A DNA stretch of 64,000 bases. It comes from Nitrospinota bacterium. GTDB taxonomy: Bacteria > UBA8248. The notes below the pieces were generated by a model. It was not told the origin of the DNA, searched no databases, and saw nothing but the letters and a program-made list of their open reading frames with translations. Every line of letters begins with the position of its first letter. The stretch's first letter is position 1. This document shows, one piece after another, positions 27,868 through 37,875 of the stretch. A program made the position numbers and the translations under genes. The DNA lies in contig JAPOYD010000141.1 in the NCBI GenBank assembly GCA_026706735.1, forward strand, positions 870 through 64,869, read 5' to 3'.

Positions 27868-27894
27868 TTAGCAGCCGGATGGCTTGAGTGCTAA
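27868..27894. promoter_or_regulatory. CIRCE operator (HrcA site) TTAGCAGCC-N9-GAGTGCTAA
   Basis: Matches the CIRCE consensus TTAGCACTC-N9-GAGTGCTAA at 16/18 positions, upstream of groES. Confidence 0.85.
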
Positions 27895-27900
27895 TAACGC

Positions 27901-27929
27901 TTGACAAACGTTCTCATTTTCCATATATA
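27901..27929 (+). promoter_or_regulatory. sigma-70 promoter TTGACA-17nt-TATATA of groESL
   Basis: TTGACA 27901-27906, 17-nt spacer, TATATA 27924-27929. Confidence 0.65.
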
Positions 27930-28046
27930 CATTCGCGCATAAACAAGGAGTCGAGAATTCGGGTAGTGTTTCGCCCGGAACATGGCTCTATAGGTCAAGG
28001 TGTATGGATGAAATAGCAGCATTTTTCAACTGATAAGGAGGAAGTG

Positions 28047-28349
28047 ATGGCAAAGGTCAAAACCAGGATACAGCCTCTGCAGGATCGCATTTTGGTGAGA
28101 CGTCTGGATGCGGAAGAGGAGCAGATCGGCGGGATCATCATTCCTGATTCCGCGAAAGAAAAACCTCAGGAGGGGGAAGTGATCGCCGTAGGACCCGGCA
28201 AAGTCACTGATGATGGGAAAAGACAGGCGCCCGAGGTGGGCGAGGGCGACAAAATTCTTTTCGCCAAATATGCGGGCACCGAGGTGAAGTCCGAGGGCGA
28301 AGAGTTTCTGATCATGCGCGAAGATGATGTGCTGGCGATCATCAACTAG
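28047..28349 (+). CDS. groES: co-chaperonin GroES
   Basis: IQPLQDRILVRR...GGIIIPDSAKEKPQEGEVIAVGPG. AAGGAGG lies upstream and a GTG at 28044 is an alternative start. Confidence 0.93.
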   Translation: MAKVKTRIQPLQDRILVRRLDAEEEQIGGIIIPDSAKEKPQEGEVIAVGPGKVTDDGKRQAPEVGEGDKILFAKYAGTEVKSEGEEFLIMREDDVLAIIN

Positions 28350-29915
<1,566 letters not shown>

Positions 29916-30032
29916 GCTGAAGTCGGGCGGCTACATCGTCATCAACCACACGGAGGCGCTCGTATGCCTCCGGGCGGAATGCCTCCAGGTGGTATGGGCG
30001 GCATGATGTAAGTCGTCGTCTTGAAGTTCGAA

Positions 30033-30060
30033 GGGGGCCTCTCGGAGGCCCCCTTTTTTT
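30033..30060 (+). terminator. intrinsic terminator of groESL
   Basis: GGGGGCCT-CTCGG-AGGCCCCC followed by TTTTTTT. It lies after the TAA at 30009-30011. Confidence 0.85.
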
Positions 30061-30202
30061 GTTTAGATTCCCTTGCGGGTGTCTTGAAGAGAAGCAACTC
30101 GTCTCATAAGATTAAGCATGGGGAGTTTTTGACGACTCATTCCGCTGATTTGCCTTCTCGCACGCATTCAAGCGATGATAGATATTGAGCGGAGAGTGAT
30201 AC

Positions 30203-31900
30203 ATGGCGAGAAATGAATCGAAAAAACTTCCTCTCATCCTCTTCCTGATATCGTTATCGTTGCACCTGTTCGTATTCGCGGCCTCAAGCCATGAATACGT
30301 TTGGAGGGAACGCGCGAAGAAAAGCCGCCCTATAAAATTTCGAGTCGTATCCGTCGAGAAACCCAAGGAAAAACTCCCCCCGAATCCCCAAAGTCGGTTT
30401 CTATCGAATGCCAACCGGAAAGAAAGCGGTTCCGGCAATCCCGGCGAGACCCCGCGCTTAAGGCGTGAATCCAAAGACCAAATTCCCGCTCGAAGAGGTG
30501 GGCTTGGTCCTAAGACAGCGTCATTATCGCCTGCGTCGGAATCGAGAGTTCCAGCCCCTCCCGTCCCGCCGGCCCGGCCCGCGTCTCCAGCAGTCGTTAA
30601 ACCGAAGCCTAAACTTGAAAAGTTGGAAAATACGAGGGAAAGAAAACCTTCCGAAATTTCGGAATCAGAGATAACGGCCAAACCTATCGCAAAGGCGAAC
30701 CTTGCGCCGAAACCAAAGCCTTCGGTCAAGACCCCGTCGCCCGCGATTCCAGAAAAGGTGCAACCGAAGGCCAAGCCGCCGACGGATAAAAAGCCGGAGA
30801 GGAAAAAAATAGAGGTCGAAGCAATTCCGAAGACAAAGCGCAAGGCCAAGCCGGCGGTCAGGAAGAAAACGGAAAAAAAGGTTGCAAAGAAAAAGCCTCG
30901 AGAGAAGAACAAGAAAGCCGAGGCGAAGAAAAAGACGAAGGAGAAGGTTGAGCTGGCCGCGTTGAAGTCGGCTCCAAAACCGAAGGCTTTCATGCCGTCT
31001 GACATACCTGTGAGACCGAAATCCCCGGTAGTCGTAAAACCAAAGCCCGAGCCCGAAAAGGCGGAAAAATCGAAGGAAAGGAAATCTCCTGAAACTTCGG
31101 AGACAACGGAAACGCCCCGGCCGACAGAGACGGCGAGCCTTGCGCCGAAACCAAAACCTTCGGTCAAGGCCCCGTCGTCCGTGATTCAAGACAAGATAAA
31201 ACCAAAGGTAAAGCCGATGGCGGATAAAAAGCCGGAGAAGAAAAAAATAGAGGTCGAAGCGGTTTCAAATCAGAAGCTCGTGCCCAAGCAAGCAGTAAAG
31301 AAGAAAACGATCAATCAGGTTGTAAAGGGAAAGCCTCGAGAGAAGAACAAGAAAGCCGAAGCGAAGAAAAAGACGAAAGAGAAGGTTGAACTGGCCGCGT
31401 TGAAGCCGGTTACTCGGTCGATACAACCGCGACGTCCCGCCCCGAAACAGCCCCAACCCAAGGATCCTTTGGCGCTGTTTCGAGTGAAGCCCCAGCCCAG
31501 GCGAAAGCCCAAGCTCCCTAAATTCGATCTCTCGGATGAGGAAGCGGACAGAATCGCGAAAAAAAGCTTGCTGGATAAAAACCTGGAAAAAGAAGGAGGC
31601 GAGACTATATCGCTTGATACGCGTGATTTTCGGTATGCTTCTTATTTCGCTCATATCAAGAGAAGAATCCAAAACGCCTGGATATGGCCTGTGGAGGCGC
31701 AAAAAAACAGGGGCGAGTTGTTGTTGCGCTTTAAGCTGAGAAAAAATGGCACTTTGGAGGAAGTGCGCCTGATAAAGTCCGCAGGCATTCGCATTCTCGA
31801 TGATTTGGCTATGGCTGCCGTCACCAAGGCGGCGCCGTTCGAACCGTTTCCGGAAGGTCTTGAACGCAAGTCGATTACCGCTACGTTCGTGTATGAGTGA
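30203..31900 (+). CDS. TonB-family energy transducer with very long Lys/Pro-rich linker
   Basis: N-terminal TM (LPLILFLISLSLHLFVF), KP-rich linker, and a C-terminal TonB domain (YASYFAHIKRRIQNAW...LRKNGTLEEVRLIKSAGIRILDDLAMAAV). Confidence 0.75.
   Translation: MARNESKKLPLILFLISLSLHLFVFAASSHEYVWRERAKKSRPIKFRVVSVEKPKEKLPPNPQSRFLSNANRKESGSGNPGETPRLRRESKDQIPARRGGLGPKTASLSPASESRVPAPPVPPARPASPAVVKPKPKLEKLENTRERKPSEISESEITAKPIAKANLAPKPKPSVKTPSPAIPEKVQPKAKPPTDKKPERKKIEVEAIPKTKRKAKPAVRKKTEKKVAKKKPREKNKKAEAKKKTKEKVELAALKSAPKPKAFMPSDIPVRPKSPVVVKPKPEPEKAEKSKERKSPETSETTETPRPTETASLAPKPKPSVKAPSSVIQDKIKPKVKPMADKKPEKKKIEVEAVSNQKLVPKQAVKKKTINQVVKGKPREKNKKAEAKKKTKEKVELAALKPVTRSIQPRRPAPKQPQPKDPLALFRVKPQPRRKPKLPKFDLSDEEADRIAKKSLLDKNLEKEGGETISLDTRDFRYASYFAHIKRRIQNAWIWPVEAQKNRGELLLRFKLRKNGTLEEVRLIKSAGIRILDDLAMAAVTKAAPFEPFPEGLERKSITATFVYE
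30592..31467 (+). repeat. 438-bp (146-codon) tandem duplication inside the TonB-like gene
   Basis: 30700-30830 aligns with 31138-31270, and 30894-30968 aligns with 31332-31406 (the 75-nt block has 3-4 mismatches). The offset is exactly 438. Confidence 0.85.
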
Positions 31901-31941
31901 GCCGGGGGCGTCGTTTCCGAATTTTGGGCTGATATATTTGG

Positions 31942-31970
31942 TTGACACCTGCAAGTGCTGATTTTAGGAT
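31942..31970 (+). promoter_or_regulatory. sigma-70-like promoter TTGACA-17nt-TAGGAT
   Basis: TTGACA 31942-31947, TAGGAT 31965-31970, 40 nt upstream of the TTG start of the regulator. Confidence 0.5.
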
Positions 31971-32010
31971 GATTTTTTCTGCGATTCCCTGTTAATCAGA
32001 GGATTACCCT

Positions 32011-32682
32011 TTGCCCGAATCATCGCCACGGTTGAGCAAACAAATCGAAGATTATTTGAAGAATATCTTCAAGCTGCAGCAGGAGGCATCTCCTGTTACT
32101 ACGAGCTCCATAGCGGATTGTATGGAAATATCGGCGGCATCGGTCACGAGCATGGTCAAGAAACTCGATCACCAGGGCTTGCTCACATATACGCCGTACA
32201 AGGGGGTCGTTTTAAGCTCAAAGGGGGAGAAGGTCGCTTTGGAGATTATTCGGCATCATCGGCTGCTCGAACTGTATCTCAATCAAAAAATGGGAATTGA
32301 ATGGGACAAGGTGGATGTCGAAGCGGAAGAATTGGAGCACGTCTTGAGCGAGGAGCTGGAAGCCGTTTTGGACAAGGAACTCGGCTATCCCACCCTGGAT
32401 CCCCATGGAGACCCGATCCCGGCCAAAGACGGCACCATGGTTGACACGAACGAAATCGTTCTCCTCTCTCTTGAGGTGGGACGAGCCACAAAAATCACCC
32501 GTGTATTACAGGATGATCCGAATATATTGCGTTACCTGGGAGAGCTTGGTTTTTTCCCTGAAATGCCCATAGAGGTCATTGAACAATCGCCTCTCGCCGG
32601 TACGGTAACATTGCTGGTAAATGGAAACAGGCATACGTTGGGCCGTGATATCGCCTCTCGAATTTTTGCGCTGAACGAATAA
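32011..32682 (+). CDS. DtxR/MntR-family metal-dependent transcriptional regulator with C-terminal FeoA/SH3-like domain
   Basis: EDYLKNIFKL, HTH SIADCMEISAASVTSMVKKL, metal-site region HHRLLELYL...EELEHVLSEE. TTG start. Confidence 0.85.
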   Translation: MPESSPRLSKQIEDYLKNIFKLQQEASPVTTSSIADCMEISAASVTSMVKKLDHQGLLTYTPYKGVVLSSKGEKVALEIIRHHRLLELYLNQKMGIEWDKVDVEAEELEHVLSEELEAVLDKELGYPTLDPHGDPIPAKDGTMVDTNEIVLLSLEVGRATKITRVLQDDPNILRYLGELGFFPEMPIEVIEQSPLAGTVTLLVNGNRHTLGRDIASRIFALNE

Positions 32683-32922
32683 TACCGCCATTTTTCCATT
32701 CCAATCCGTTTCTCGTTTCGTGGTTCTTCCTGCATAAAGTATAATTTTGCATCTTTTTGAAATTTCTATTGGGTCAGGGGGCCGTAGATTTCACGGTTGA
32801 ATTTAATCGAGGTGTCATCCAACAAGGCTTTGCCGCTTGATCTGAGAAGAAAAATCAATTCAGGAACTATTCGGAAGAATACGCTATCGTTGAATTGTTG
32901 AGCCATTTCATTAGGAGAAGAC

Positions 32923-33441
32923 ATGCCGGCTAAAAAACAAGCACCCAGGAAAAAGGCTGCCAAGCAGGATTTTGACCACCGCTTCCGCGCCATCTATGCC
33001 AAGGATGTCGAATGGCAAGAAGATGTGAGTAATGAACTGCTTACGCTGCCGCCGGGAGTGAAGGTGAAGATTTTCGCTCACGATCCGGTGATGAAGCGAA
33101 TCGACATGAAGGTGAAGTTCCCGAAAGGCTACGTGGAGCCCCGTCATACGCACAAGAGCTGGCATTCCATTCTGGTGACCCGGGGCAGGATGTGCGTGGC
33201 GGGCAAGGATTTGAGGCCGGGCGATTATGTCTTCGGGTGGGATCTGCCGCACGGCCCGTATGAATACCCCGATGGCTGCGAGGTGTTCGTCGTCTTCATG
33301 GGCGATGGCACGCAGCATGTCTGGGAAGAAGAGAAGCACCTCAAGCACAAACTGAAGTGGGAAGCCGAATCGGCTGCGGGTAAAAAAGCCGTCGCCAGGG
33401 GCGATACGGCCAGGAAGCAGGCGTTGTCCGAAAAAGGGTGA
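32923..33441 (+). CDS. cupin-domain protein
   Basis: KFPKGYVEPRHTHKSWHSILVTRGRMCV...PGDYV is a cupin motif pattern. AGGAG lies upstream. Confidence 0.65.
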   Translation: MPAKKQAPRKKAAKQDFDHRFRAIYAKDVEWQEDVSNELLTLPPGVKVKIFAHDPVMKRIDMKVKFPKGYVEPRHTHKSWHSILVTRGRMCVAGKDLRPGDYVFGWDLPHGPYEYPDGCEVFVVFMGDGTQHVWEEEKHLKHKLKWEAESAAGKKAVARGDTARKQALSEKG

Positions 33442-33445
33442 GACG

Positions 33446-34465
33446 ATGACACCGCAGCGAATCGCCGTAATCGGCGCCGGCGCCTGGGGGACGGCGCTGG
33501 CGGATCTGTTCTCGGAATCCGGCCACGAGGTGACGCTCTGGGTTTTTGAGGCCGACCTTTGCGCCCGCATGGCGTCGAACCGTGAAAATGATCTGTACCT
33601 CCCTGGCGTCGTCCTGCATGATGATTTGCGTTTCACGTCCGATTTGGCGGAAGCCGCCTCGGCGGGGCAGGATTTTCTCGTGAGCGTGATGCCGAGCCAC
33701 GTCGTCCGGGCGGTATGGACGAAGCTGGCGTCTTCCGTTCACGAGGAAACGCTCATCACCAGCGCCACGAAGGGCGTGGAAGAGAAAACCTTGGGCTTGC
33801 CCACCCGGGTGATATCTGAATGCATCGGTGAGGCGGGCGGCGCTCGGCGCGCCCTCGCTTGTCTCTCGGGGCCGACGTTCGCCCGCGAGCTTGCGGAGAG
33901 AAAGCCCACGGCCATCACGGCGGCGTCCGATGATACAGGTGCTGCAAAGGCGGTCCAGGAGGCGCTCGCAGCACCCGGTTTCAGGATATACACGGGCGCC
34001 GATCCGGTCGGCGTCCAGCTCGGCGGGGCGCTCAAGAACGTCATCGCGCTCGCGGCGGGCATCGCGGACGGCATGGAACTTGGGCTTAACGCGCGGGCGG
34101 CGCTCATCGTGCGCGGGCTGGCGGAAACCGCGCGCCTGGGCACCGCGATGGGCGGCCGGGCGGAAACCTTCGCAGGCCTGGCCGGCATGGGCGATCTGGT
34201 GCTCACCTGCACGGGCGACTTGAGCCGGAACAGGACGGTGGGCGTGCGCCTGGGGGAGGGCGAGCCCCTGCAGAAGATCCTCGAATCCATGACGGCGGTG
34301 GCCGAGGGCGTATCCACAGCGCCTGCGGCTGTGGGACTGGCGGATAAGTACGGCGTGGAGATGCCCATATGCCGCGAGGTTCACGCCGTGTTGTTCGAGG
34401 GCAGGAGTCCCGAAGACGCCGTGCGCGACCTCATGTCGCGTCCGCTCAAGGCCGAACTCCCCTAG
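33446..34465 (+). CDS. gpsA: NAD(P)H-dependent glycerol-3-phosphate dehydrogenase
   Basis: IAVIGAGAWGTALA, ATKGVE, LKNVIALAAG, GDLVLTCTGDLSRNR. Confidence 0.92.
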   Translation: MTPQRIAVIGAGAWGTALADLFSESGHEVTLWVFEADLCARMASNRENDLYLPGVVLHDDLRFTSDLAEAASAGQDFLVSVMPSHVVRAVWTKLASSVHEETLITSATKGVEEKTLGLPTRVISECIGEAGGARRALACLSGPTFARELAERKPTAITAASDDTGAAKAVQEALAAPGFRIYTGADPVGVQLGGALKNVIALAAGIADGMELGLNARAALIVRGLAETARLGTAMGGRAETFAGLAGMGDLVLTCTGDLSRNRTVGVRLGEGEPLQKILESMTAVAEGVSTAPAAVGLADKYGVEMPICREVHAVLFEGRSPEDAVRDLMSRPLKAELP

Positions 34466-34477
34466 GCGGCCGCGCGC

Positions 34478-34503
34478 AATTGCGGGCAGTTGCGGGGAAA
34501 TGC
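34478..34503 (+). promoter_or_regulatory. three hexamers AATTGC/AGTTGC/AAATGC at 10-bp phasing
   Basis: Hexamers start at 34478, 34488 and 34498. Confidence 0.4.
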
Positions 34504-34537
34504 GCGGAAGGCGAAAAACTTTTTTTGGGCCTGAATC

Positions 34538-34669
34538 TCAGTGAGATACGCTCATATTTATAAGGTAAGTCTTTGAATTACAATTGTTTACCGGTAAAAT
34601 AATTTTCAGAAATTTATCGAAAAACCCCGTGAATTTAGCGAATTTTATCGAAAATATGATTATTTTCAT
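34538..34669 (-). CDS. candidate 43-aa Lys/Ile/Phe-rich small protein inside AT-rich module B
   Basis: GGAG lies 4 nt before the ATG. Product MKIIIFSIKFAKFTGFFDKFLKIILPVNNCNSKTYLINMSVSH. The homologous ORF in module A is truncated after 13 codons. Confidence 0.3.
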   Translation of the reverse strand: MKIIIFSIKFAKFTGFFDKFLKIILPVNNCNSKTYLINMSVSH

Positions 34670-34678
34670 TTCTCCGCC
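34581..34678 (-). repeat. AT-rich module B, inverted copy of 26547-26645
   Basis: The reverse complement aligns with module A, about 38/43 identical over the core. Confidence 0.75.
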
Positions 34679-34751
34679 GTCTTTGAATACGTGGGCGCAG
34701 TTCCTCTTTCCGCGATAATCGAACCAGAGCGAGGGGAGCAGGTTTACGCTT

Positions 34752-35170
34752 TTGTAGAGGGTGTCGAAATTCCCCGGAGAGGGGGAGTTCGAACGAGTCC
34801 GCCCGTGTTCTTCCGAAGATGGATGGGTCGTTCCGGCGAAGAACGTAGCTATCACCGTCTTCACTCTCGCCCAAATGCCCGATTCCATGAGAAAGCCTCC
34901 GTATCTTTCCATCCATTCCGGCCAATGTGGGCGTCATCGTTTCCCCGCGCCGCGCGCACGATAGCGGATTACGGGATTTCAGTGAGAACGGCAAATGCGG
35001 GGAAATGCGGGCTGAAGCCGGGGGAAGCAGAAGGGATTACGCTCTTGCAGGGGTGTCGGACTTTCCCGAGGAGGGGGAGTTCGAGAGTGTCCGCCCTATG
35101 GAGTAAGAGGGCGAGGATCCCGTAGGGGTGTCGAACTTCCCTGAGGAGGGGGAGTTCGAGCGAGCCGCCC
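34752..35170. repeat. three family-3 palindromic units (GTAGGGGTGTCGAACTTCCC-GAGGAGGGGGAGTTCGA)
   Basis: Palindromes at 34764-34792, 35055-35084 and 35131-35159, with a fourth at 11884-11910. Confidence 0.8.
34993..35028 (+). promoter_or_regulatory. four hexamers AAATGC/AAATGC/TGAAGC/GGAAGC at 10-bp phasing
   Basis: Hexamers start at 34993, 35003, 35013 and 35023. ACGGCAAATGCGGGGAAATGC (21 nt) is identical to 26707-26727. Confidence 0.4.
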
Positions 35171-35228
35171 GCGCTTCTTCGAGCTCGTCATCATGCAGGT
35201 GAGATTCCCGCCATTCCGTTTAGGTTGT

Positions 35229-35365
35229 CGTCATTCCGGCGCATGCCGGAATCCAGAACCGATGAGGTAGACGTTTTACGGCATTTCAATTCTCTTTGAT
35301 GAAACCGGAATACAACCGGAAAACGAAAGGCGAAACCCTGGATTCCGGCATACGCCGGAATGACG
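35229..35365. repeat. family-1 MITE-like element, full copy
   Basis: Arms at 35229-35256 and 35337-35365. Confidence 0.85.
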
Positions 35366-35459
35366 GCGATGGTGAAATCTTAGCCAGAAGGGGTTTTTCA
35401 ACAACCCCTCAAGGGAGGGGGAGTAATTCCGAATATGTCTCGATTTGGTTCGCAGGTTC

Positions 35460-35507
35460 CGTAGCGGACAGGCCCCCGTGCCTGTCCGGGGTCGCGACCT
35501 GTCCGGC
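35460..35507. repeat. REP hairpins GTAGCGGACAGGCCCCCGTGCCTGTCC GGGGTCGCGACCTGTCC
   Basis: Same family as 39532-39628, 51725-51771 and 58568-58613. Confidence 0.8.
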
Positions 35508-35533
35508 GTTCGTTTCGATTCGTCGTTGCCCCC

Positions 35534-36370
35534 TCACACCTTAATCTCCAGCATGTCGCGGCCCAGGATGACTTCGCCGCCGAAATCCCGCCGGACGTCC
35601 TCTTCGATCGCGCGCATGAGGTGGTCGGGCTTTTCGCGGAAATGGGTGAGGACGAGTTTCTTCACACCTGCGCTCGCGGCGATCTTTCCCGCCTGGGCTG
35701 AGGAGGGAAAAAGATATCGTGTCAGGCGTTCGGTGTGCGCGTCGACGATCTCCGCATCGGCCAGATAACAGCAAAGCACGAGGGCGTCCGCCCCCCGCGC
35801 CAGGCGGTCCAGCCCCTCGCAGGGGATCGTGTCTCCGCTGATGGCGAGGGTCTTTCCCGCAGCCTCCAGGCGGTAGCCCAGCGTCACCCAGTCGAAATCG
35901 GGGATTCCCAGGCTCTGGCCGTGCTCGACGAACTCCGCATACACCTTCCAGCCCCTGTCCTCACAGACGAGACCTGCGCCGGTTTCTTCCACTTCCACCG
36001 GCTTCCATCCCCCCACGGCGGGCTCTCCCTCCGCCCGGAACCGGATGTCCTTCGCGTAGACCCTATCGATTAAGGCTCTGACGATCTCCGCCGTTCCCGC
36101 CGGCCCGTATACGCGCAACGCGCCCGGACGGCCCTGGAGCCAGGTGCTCAGGATCACGTCGCCCAGATCGCTGATGTGATCGAAATGATGATGCGTGATG
36201 AAGACGGGATTCAGCTTATCGAGCGGCGCGCTCGCGCGGACGAGCTGGGTCACAGCCCCGCGACCGCAGTCAAAGAGCAGCCACTCCTCGCCCACGTTGA
36301 CCACGAGGGAAGAACCCTGGCGCGCCGGGTCCGGCCGGGGGCCGCCCGTGCCGAGCAGGGTGATCTTCAT
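35534..36370 (-). CDS. MBL-fold metallo-hydrolase (RNase Z/ElaC-like fold)
   Basis: MKITLLGTGGPRP, FITHHHFDHISD. The ATG overlaps the tctA stop (ATGA). Confidence 0.75.
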   Translation of the reverse strand: MKITLLGTGGPRPDPARQGSSLVVNVGEEWLLFDCGRGAVTQLVRASAPLDKLNPVFITHHHFDHISDLGDVILSTWLQGRPGALRVYGPAGTAEIVRALIDRVYAKDIRFRAEGEPAVGGWKPVEVEETGAGLVCEDRGWKVYAEFVEHGQSLGIPDFDWVTLGYRLEAAGKTLAISGDTIPCEGLDRLARGADALVLCCYLADAEIVDAHTERLTRYLFPSSAQAGKIAASAGVKKLVLTHFREKPDHLMRAIEEDVRRDFGGEVILGRDMLEIKV

Positions 36371-37875
36371 TCTTCCTCCTCCGGCGGGAAATGCGGGGCG
36401 CTCTTGCCGCGCATGAAAAACGGATAGAGAAGAAGGATCGCCGAGGCGATCCACGCGAGCAGGGCGAGCGGGTGCGCGATGAAGGTTTCATAACTCCCCC
36501 GCGAGATGACAAGCGACTGGCGCACCTTTTCCTCAAAAAGCCTGCCCAGGACGAACGCGAGCACGAGCGGTGCGCCCGGATAGTTCAGCTTGCGCATCAT
36601 GTAGCCCAGGAGCCCGAAGACGGCCATGAGCAGAACGTCCACCGGGTTGTTGCTCACGCTGTAGGCGCCGATCCCGCAGAACAGGAGGATCATGGGCCAG
36701 AGATAGCGGTAGGGCACGGTGAGCAGGCGCGCCCACATGCCCACCAGCGGTAGGTTGAGCAGCAGGAGCAAGGCGTTCCCGGTGTACATGCTCGTCACCA
36801 CCCCCCAGAAGATGGCGGGGTGCTCGGTGATCAGCAGCGGCCCCGGCTGCACGCCGTGGGTGAGAAAGGCCGCCGTGAGAACGGCCACCGCCGCACTCGG
36901 GGCGATGCCCAGCGTGAGGAGGGGGATCATGCTGCCCGCGGTGGCGGAGTTGTTGGCCGCCTCCGGCCCCGCCACGCCCTCGATCACGCCCGTGCCGAAC
37001 TTTTCAGGCTTCTTCGAGATGCGCCGCTCCAGGGAATAGGAGAGAAAAGGAGGCACGATGGTGCCCATGCCGGGCAGGATACCCATGAAGAACCCGACGA
37101 CGCTCCCTCGCCCGATGGCCGGCGCGGAATCGCGCCAGTCCTGGCGCGTGGGCCAAAGCCCCTTGATGCGGCCCTTGAACACTTCCATCTTCTCTGATTT
37201 CTCCAGGTTGATCAGCACCTCCGAGATGCCGAACAGCCCGATCACCAAAGGAGCGAAGCCCACCCCGTCCATCAGGGTGAAGGTGCCGAAATCATAGCGC
37301 GGCGTGGATTCCACCGGATCGAGGCCGACGGTGGATAGAAGGAACCCGAGCAGGGCCGAAGCTGCTGCGCGCGGACGCGAGCCGCCGCTGAACTGGACCA
37401 CCAGCAGGAAGCTCAGGCACAGGAGCGCGACGAGTTCGGGCGGGCCGATCTTCACCGCCATCTCGGCCAGGGCGGGCGCCATGAGCGTGATGCCCAGAAC
37501 GCCCAGCGTTCCCGCGATGAACGAGCCCCAGGCGCAGATGGCGAGCGCGGGTCCTGCTCTCCCTTGCCGCGCCATCTGGTAGCCGTCCAGGGTGGTCACG
37601 ACCGAAGACGCCTCGCCGGGCAGGTTAAGCAGAATCGACGTGGTGGAGCCGCCGTACATCGCCCCGTAAAACACCCCCGCCATGATGATGATGGCGGCCG
37701 TCGGCTCCATCTTGATGGTGATCGGGAGCAGGAGTGACATGGTGGCGACCGGGCCGAGTCCCGGCAGCACCCCGATGGCCGTCCCCACGAAAACGCCCAT
37801 GAAGCAGGCGAGGAGGTTGTACGGCGCGAGGCTCACCGAGAAGCCGAAGTATAGGTTTGCGAAGAGATCGCCCAT
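36367..37875 (-). CDS. tctA: tripartite tricarboxylate transporter, large permease
   Basis: 502 aa and polytopic. GVLPGLGPVATMSLLLP and GILPGMG are typical TctA strings. Confidence 0.88.
   Translation of the reverse strand: MGDLFANLYFGFSVSLAPYNLLACFMGVFVGTAIGVLPGLGPVATMSLLLPITIKMEPTAAIIIMAGVFYGAMYGGSTTSILLNLPGEASSVVTTLDGYQMARQGRAGPALAICAWGSFIAGTLGVLGITLMAPALAEMAVKIGPPELVALLCLSFLLVVQFSGGSRPRAAASALLGFLLSTVGLDPVESTPRYDFGTFTLMDGVGFAPLVIGLFGISEVLINLEKSEKMEVFKGRIKGLWPTRQDWRDSAPAIGRGSVVGFFMGILPGMGTIVPPFLSYSLERRISKKPEKFGTGVIEGVAGPEAANNSATAGSMIPLLTLGIAPSAAVAVLTAAFLTHGVQPGPLLITEHPAIFWGVVTSMYTGNALLLLLNLPLVGMWARLLTVPYRYLWPMILLFCGIGAYSVSNNPVDVLLMAVFGLLGYMMRKLNYPGAPLVLAFVLGRLFEEKVRQSLVISRGSYETFIAHPLALLAWIASAILLLYPFFMRGKSAPHFPPEEEE

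Noticed and set aside
32766-32993. 75-aa minus-strand ORF divergent from and overlapping the cupin gene start
   Set aside because: It overlaps the cupin SD and start, has no SD of its own, and lies in an AT-rich promoter region where stop-free stretches are not informative.
34538-34912. Full 124-aa minus-strand ORF from the track
   Set aside because: The upstream 80 codons run through a family-3 palindrome and GC-rich spacer. Only the last 43 codons, which have their own GGAG-ATG, are considered, and those at low confidence.
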